NCBI GenBank assembly: GCA_031082205.1
Contig: JAVHLJ010000002.1
Span: forward strand, 12,557 to 76,556
Origin: Elusimicrobiales bacterium
GTDB lineage: Bacteria; Elusimicrobiota; Elusimicrobia; Elusimicrobiales; UBA9959
Length of the DNA stretch: 64,000 bases
Direction of reading: 5' to 3'
Positions 62,266 through 64,000 of the stretch are shown one piece after another. The notes beneath the pieces are model-generated. The model was given only the letters and a program-made list of their open reading frames with translations, made no database searches and was not told the DNA's origin. Made by a program: the position numbers and the translations under genes. Numbering within the stretch: position 1 is the stretch's first letter; each line of letters starts with the position of its first letter.

Positions 62266-63810
62266 ATGAAGAAGGCGGCCGCGATCGTCCTGCTCCTGCT
62301 CTGCTTCGCCGCTCCGCGGGCGGAAGCGTCCGTCTTCACGCGCGCCGAGATGGACGAGGTCAGCTGCTCGGCCCTCAAGCTCCAGCTCTTCTACTATTAC
62401 CTCGCGCCCGACCGCGAGCAGAAGATACTCGACTACACTTTCAAGTGCCGCGGCCGCGACATGCGGCTGAAGATGCCGCAGTGGATGATAGATTCCGTCC
62501 AGGTCATGGCCACCAAGCCGGCCTGGCGCGACCCCGAGGAGGGCGAGATCAGCGAGGCGGCCCTCTGGCAGGCCTCGGTCTCCATCCTCTACGAGTTCAT
62601 GGAGATAAGCCGCAAGACCTTCCCGCCGGACCAGGGCGGCGCCTCCATCGCCCCCGCGCTGCTGGTCAAGGAATACTCCGACATGCGCATCAGGTTCCAG
62701 ATGTCGCTGGACCGCCTCTATCGCGCGCGCCTCAACGACTCCATGGACGGCCGCGGCCGCGGCATACTGGCCACTTTTTCCCTGATACTCAAGCAGATGG
62801 AGAGCATAGCCGACGCCATCTCCAGTTCCGATTCCAAAGCCTACGCCGAAGCCGTCACCGCCTCGTCCGTGCTGGCCCAGGACGCCTTCTTCCAGGTCTT
62901 CGAGCCGCCCAGGAAGTACGAGCCGCCCAAGCAGGCTTCCCGGGCCCAGGAACTGGCCGCGGTCGCGGCCACGGTCATCGGCGTGATACTGGTCTTCGCC
63001 GCGGTGCGCCTCTTCTTCATGCTCAACGAGAAGGAGACGGAGAAGATGACGGCCGACTACATGGGCCGCGTCAACAAGTGGACCGACGACTTCTCGCGCC
63101 AGTTCATGACGGTGAAGGTCCATTACATGGTGTTCATCCCGGCCGGCTTCTTCGCGCTGCTGGGCCTGCTGACCTTCAACCTCCTCCTGTTCTTCATGCT
63201 CAGCGCCTTCGGCATGTACGTCGGCATGAAGACGCCGGGCATGGTGCTGCGGTCCCTCAAGCAGAGCCGCGGCAAGAAGATAGACACGCAGCTGATGGAC
63301 GGCCTGATCCTCCTCTCCAACTGCCTCCGCTCGGGCCTGGACGTGGTGCAGGGCTTCGAGATGGTCTCCAAGGACCTGATGCCCCCGATCTCGGACGAGT
63401 TCGGCTTGGTCATCAAGAACTACCAGCTCGGCATGCCTTTCGAGAAGGCCCTGGGCGTCATGGAGGAGCGCGTGGAGTCCAAGATGCTCTCCTATATGAT
63501 ACGCGCCATCGTGCTGCAGCGGCAGATGGGCGGCAACCTGACCAAGGTCTTCGAGCGCATCGTGGTGGACATCCGCGAGGAGTCCAAACTGGAGGAAAAG
63601 ACCAAGGCCATGACGGCGCAGCAGAAGATACAGTCCATAGTCGTGGGCATCATGCCGTGGATCATGGTCGGCGTCATGTTCATGTTCCAGCCCGACACGA
63701 TGATAAAGTTCTACGGCTCGCCGCTGGGAATGTTCGTCTTCGTCGGCTGCGCCATCTGGATAGGCATAGGCATGAAGGTGGTCTCCAGCCTGGGCAAGAT
63801 ACGGGTCTAG
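62266..63810 (+). CDS. tadB: TadB-like platform protein with ~230-aa N-terminal signal-peptide-bearing extension
   Basis: Signal peptide MKKAAAIVLLLLCFAAPRAEA plus a soluble region, then TM segments and a T2SSF-domain block (LSNCLRSGLDVVQGFEMV...PISDEF...G.PFEKAL). Confidence 0.75.
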   Translation: MKKAAAIVLLLLCFAAPRAEASVFTRAEMDEVSCSALKLQLFYYYLAPDREQKILDYTFKCRGRDMRLKMPQWMIDSVQVMATKPAWRDPEEGEISEAALWQASVSILYEFMEISRKTFPPDQGGASIAPALLVKEYSDMRIRFQMSLDRLYRARLNDSMDGRGRGILATFSLILKQMESIADAISSSDSKAYAEAVTASSVLAQDAFFQVFEPPRKYEPPKQASRAQELAAVAATVIGVILVFAAVRLFFMLNEKETEKMTADYMGRVNKWTDDFSRQFMTVKVHYMVFIPAGFFALLGLLTFNLLLFFMLSAFGMYVGMKTPGMVLRSLKQSRGKKIDTQLMDGLILLSNCLRSGLDVVQGFEMVSKDLMPPISDEFGLVIKNYQLGMPFEKALGVMEERVESKMLSYMIRAIVLQRQMGGNLTKVFERIVVDIREESKLEEKTKAMTAQQKIQSIVVGIMPWIMVGVMFMFQPDTMIKFYGSPLGMFVFVGCAIWIGIGMKVVSSLGKIRV

Positions 63811-63822
63811 CGGGATAAGATC

Positions 63823-64000
63823 ATGGACCAGTTCATAAACCTTTTCATGCTGGCGCTCCTCTTCGTGGGGTCGATGGCGGCTTTCACGGCCGTCCAGCGT
63901 TTCCTCAAGCCCCCGGAAACGGGCCCCTCCTCGATCGGCGACATCAGCGACATGGAGGGCCGGGAGACCTCGGTCTTCTCGCGCCTGGACCCCAACCGCA
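63823..64000 (+). CDS. tadC: TadC-like platform protein, 5' fragment (runs off the window)
   Basis: ATG at 63823, open to the end of the window. N-terminal TM segment FINLFMLALLFVGSMAAFTAV. Position after tadB. Identity rests on context only. Confidence 0.5.
   Translation, partial: MDQFINLFMLALLFVGSMAAFTAVQRFLKPPETGPSSIGDISDMEGRETSVFSRLDPNR

Noticed and set aside
1-64000. Searched for CRISPR arrays, rRNA, IS elements, transposases and integrases.
   Set aside because: There are no regularly spaced short direct repeats, no rRNA-like conserved stretches, and no DDE, serine or tyrosine recombinase motifs in any credible ORF. The only large repeat is the 809-bp cassette duplication.

Overview
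64-kb chromosomal window from a high-GC diderm bacterium; I cannot assign it to a named lineage from sequence alone. A 60-nt sample at 12001-12060 counts 38 G+C. I call about 60 protein genes and one tRNA-Arg(GCG). I see no rRNA, no CRISPR array, and no recognisable transposase or integrase.

Core content:
- Molybdenum/tungsten cofactor genes (moaC, a MOSC-domain protein, mog), plus a tungsten-type aldehyde:ferredoxin oxidoreductase followed by a MoaD-like GG carrier.
- Housekeeping genes: trpS, scpAB, glgA with a GalT-family gene, tsaD, ftsX/envC-like/ctp, ppnP, an M32 carboxypeptidase and an M50 protease.
- Many two-component proteins.
- A TonB-dependent receptor.
- A TetR-controlled RND efflux operon.

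Most unusual regions:
1. 187-5974: a translationally coupled six-gene operon. All six products carry signal peptides. It encodes two small OMP-like barrels, then a tandemly duplicated two-gene cassette of a coiled-coil, Cys-rich NlpC/P60-like peptidase and an unrecognisable secreted partner. The two cassettes share an 809-bp perfectly identical 5' block. Past that block they are abruptly divergent and lower in GC, a polymorphic-toxin/immunity-like architecture without markers of any known delivery system.
2. 47141-57278: a cell-surface module. It runs from a signal-less SBP-like protein and a GAF-GGDEF cyclase, through a PorV-like barrel with a coiled-coil tail and a coiled-coil/TM/propeller-like protein, to a 1049-aa FlgD-Ig-repeat protein with a T9SS-type C-terminal domain and a second PorV-like barrel.
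3. 57282-64000: a non-canonical Tad/Flp pilus locus directly downstream of region 2. It has two Flp pilins, a 242-aa minimal secretin, a TadZ-CpaF fusion and a TadB with an N-terminal periplasmic extension.

Smaller observations:
- A wHTH-MNT/HEPN pair with a textbook leaderless promoter.
- A single ORF joining a TetR regulator to a TolC-like protein.
- A duplicated tRNA 3' end.
- A small Gly/Cys-rich ORF.
- ATA used about as often as ATC for Ile, with ATT nearly absent.

The many long antisense ORFs in the track are GC-driven artefacts.
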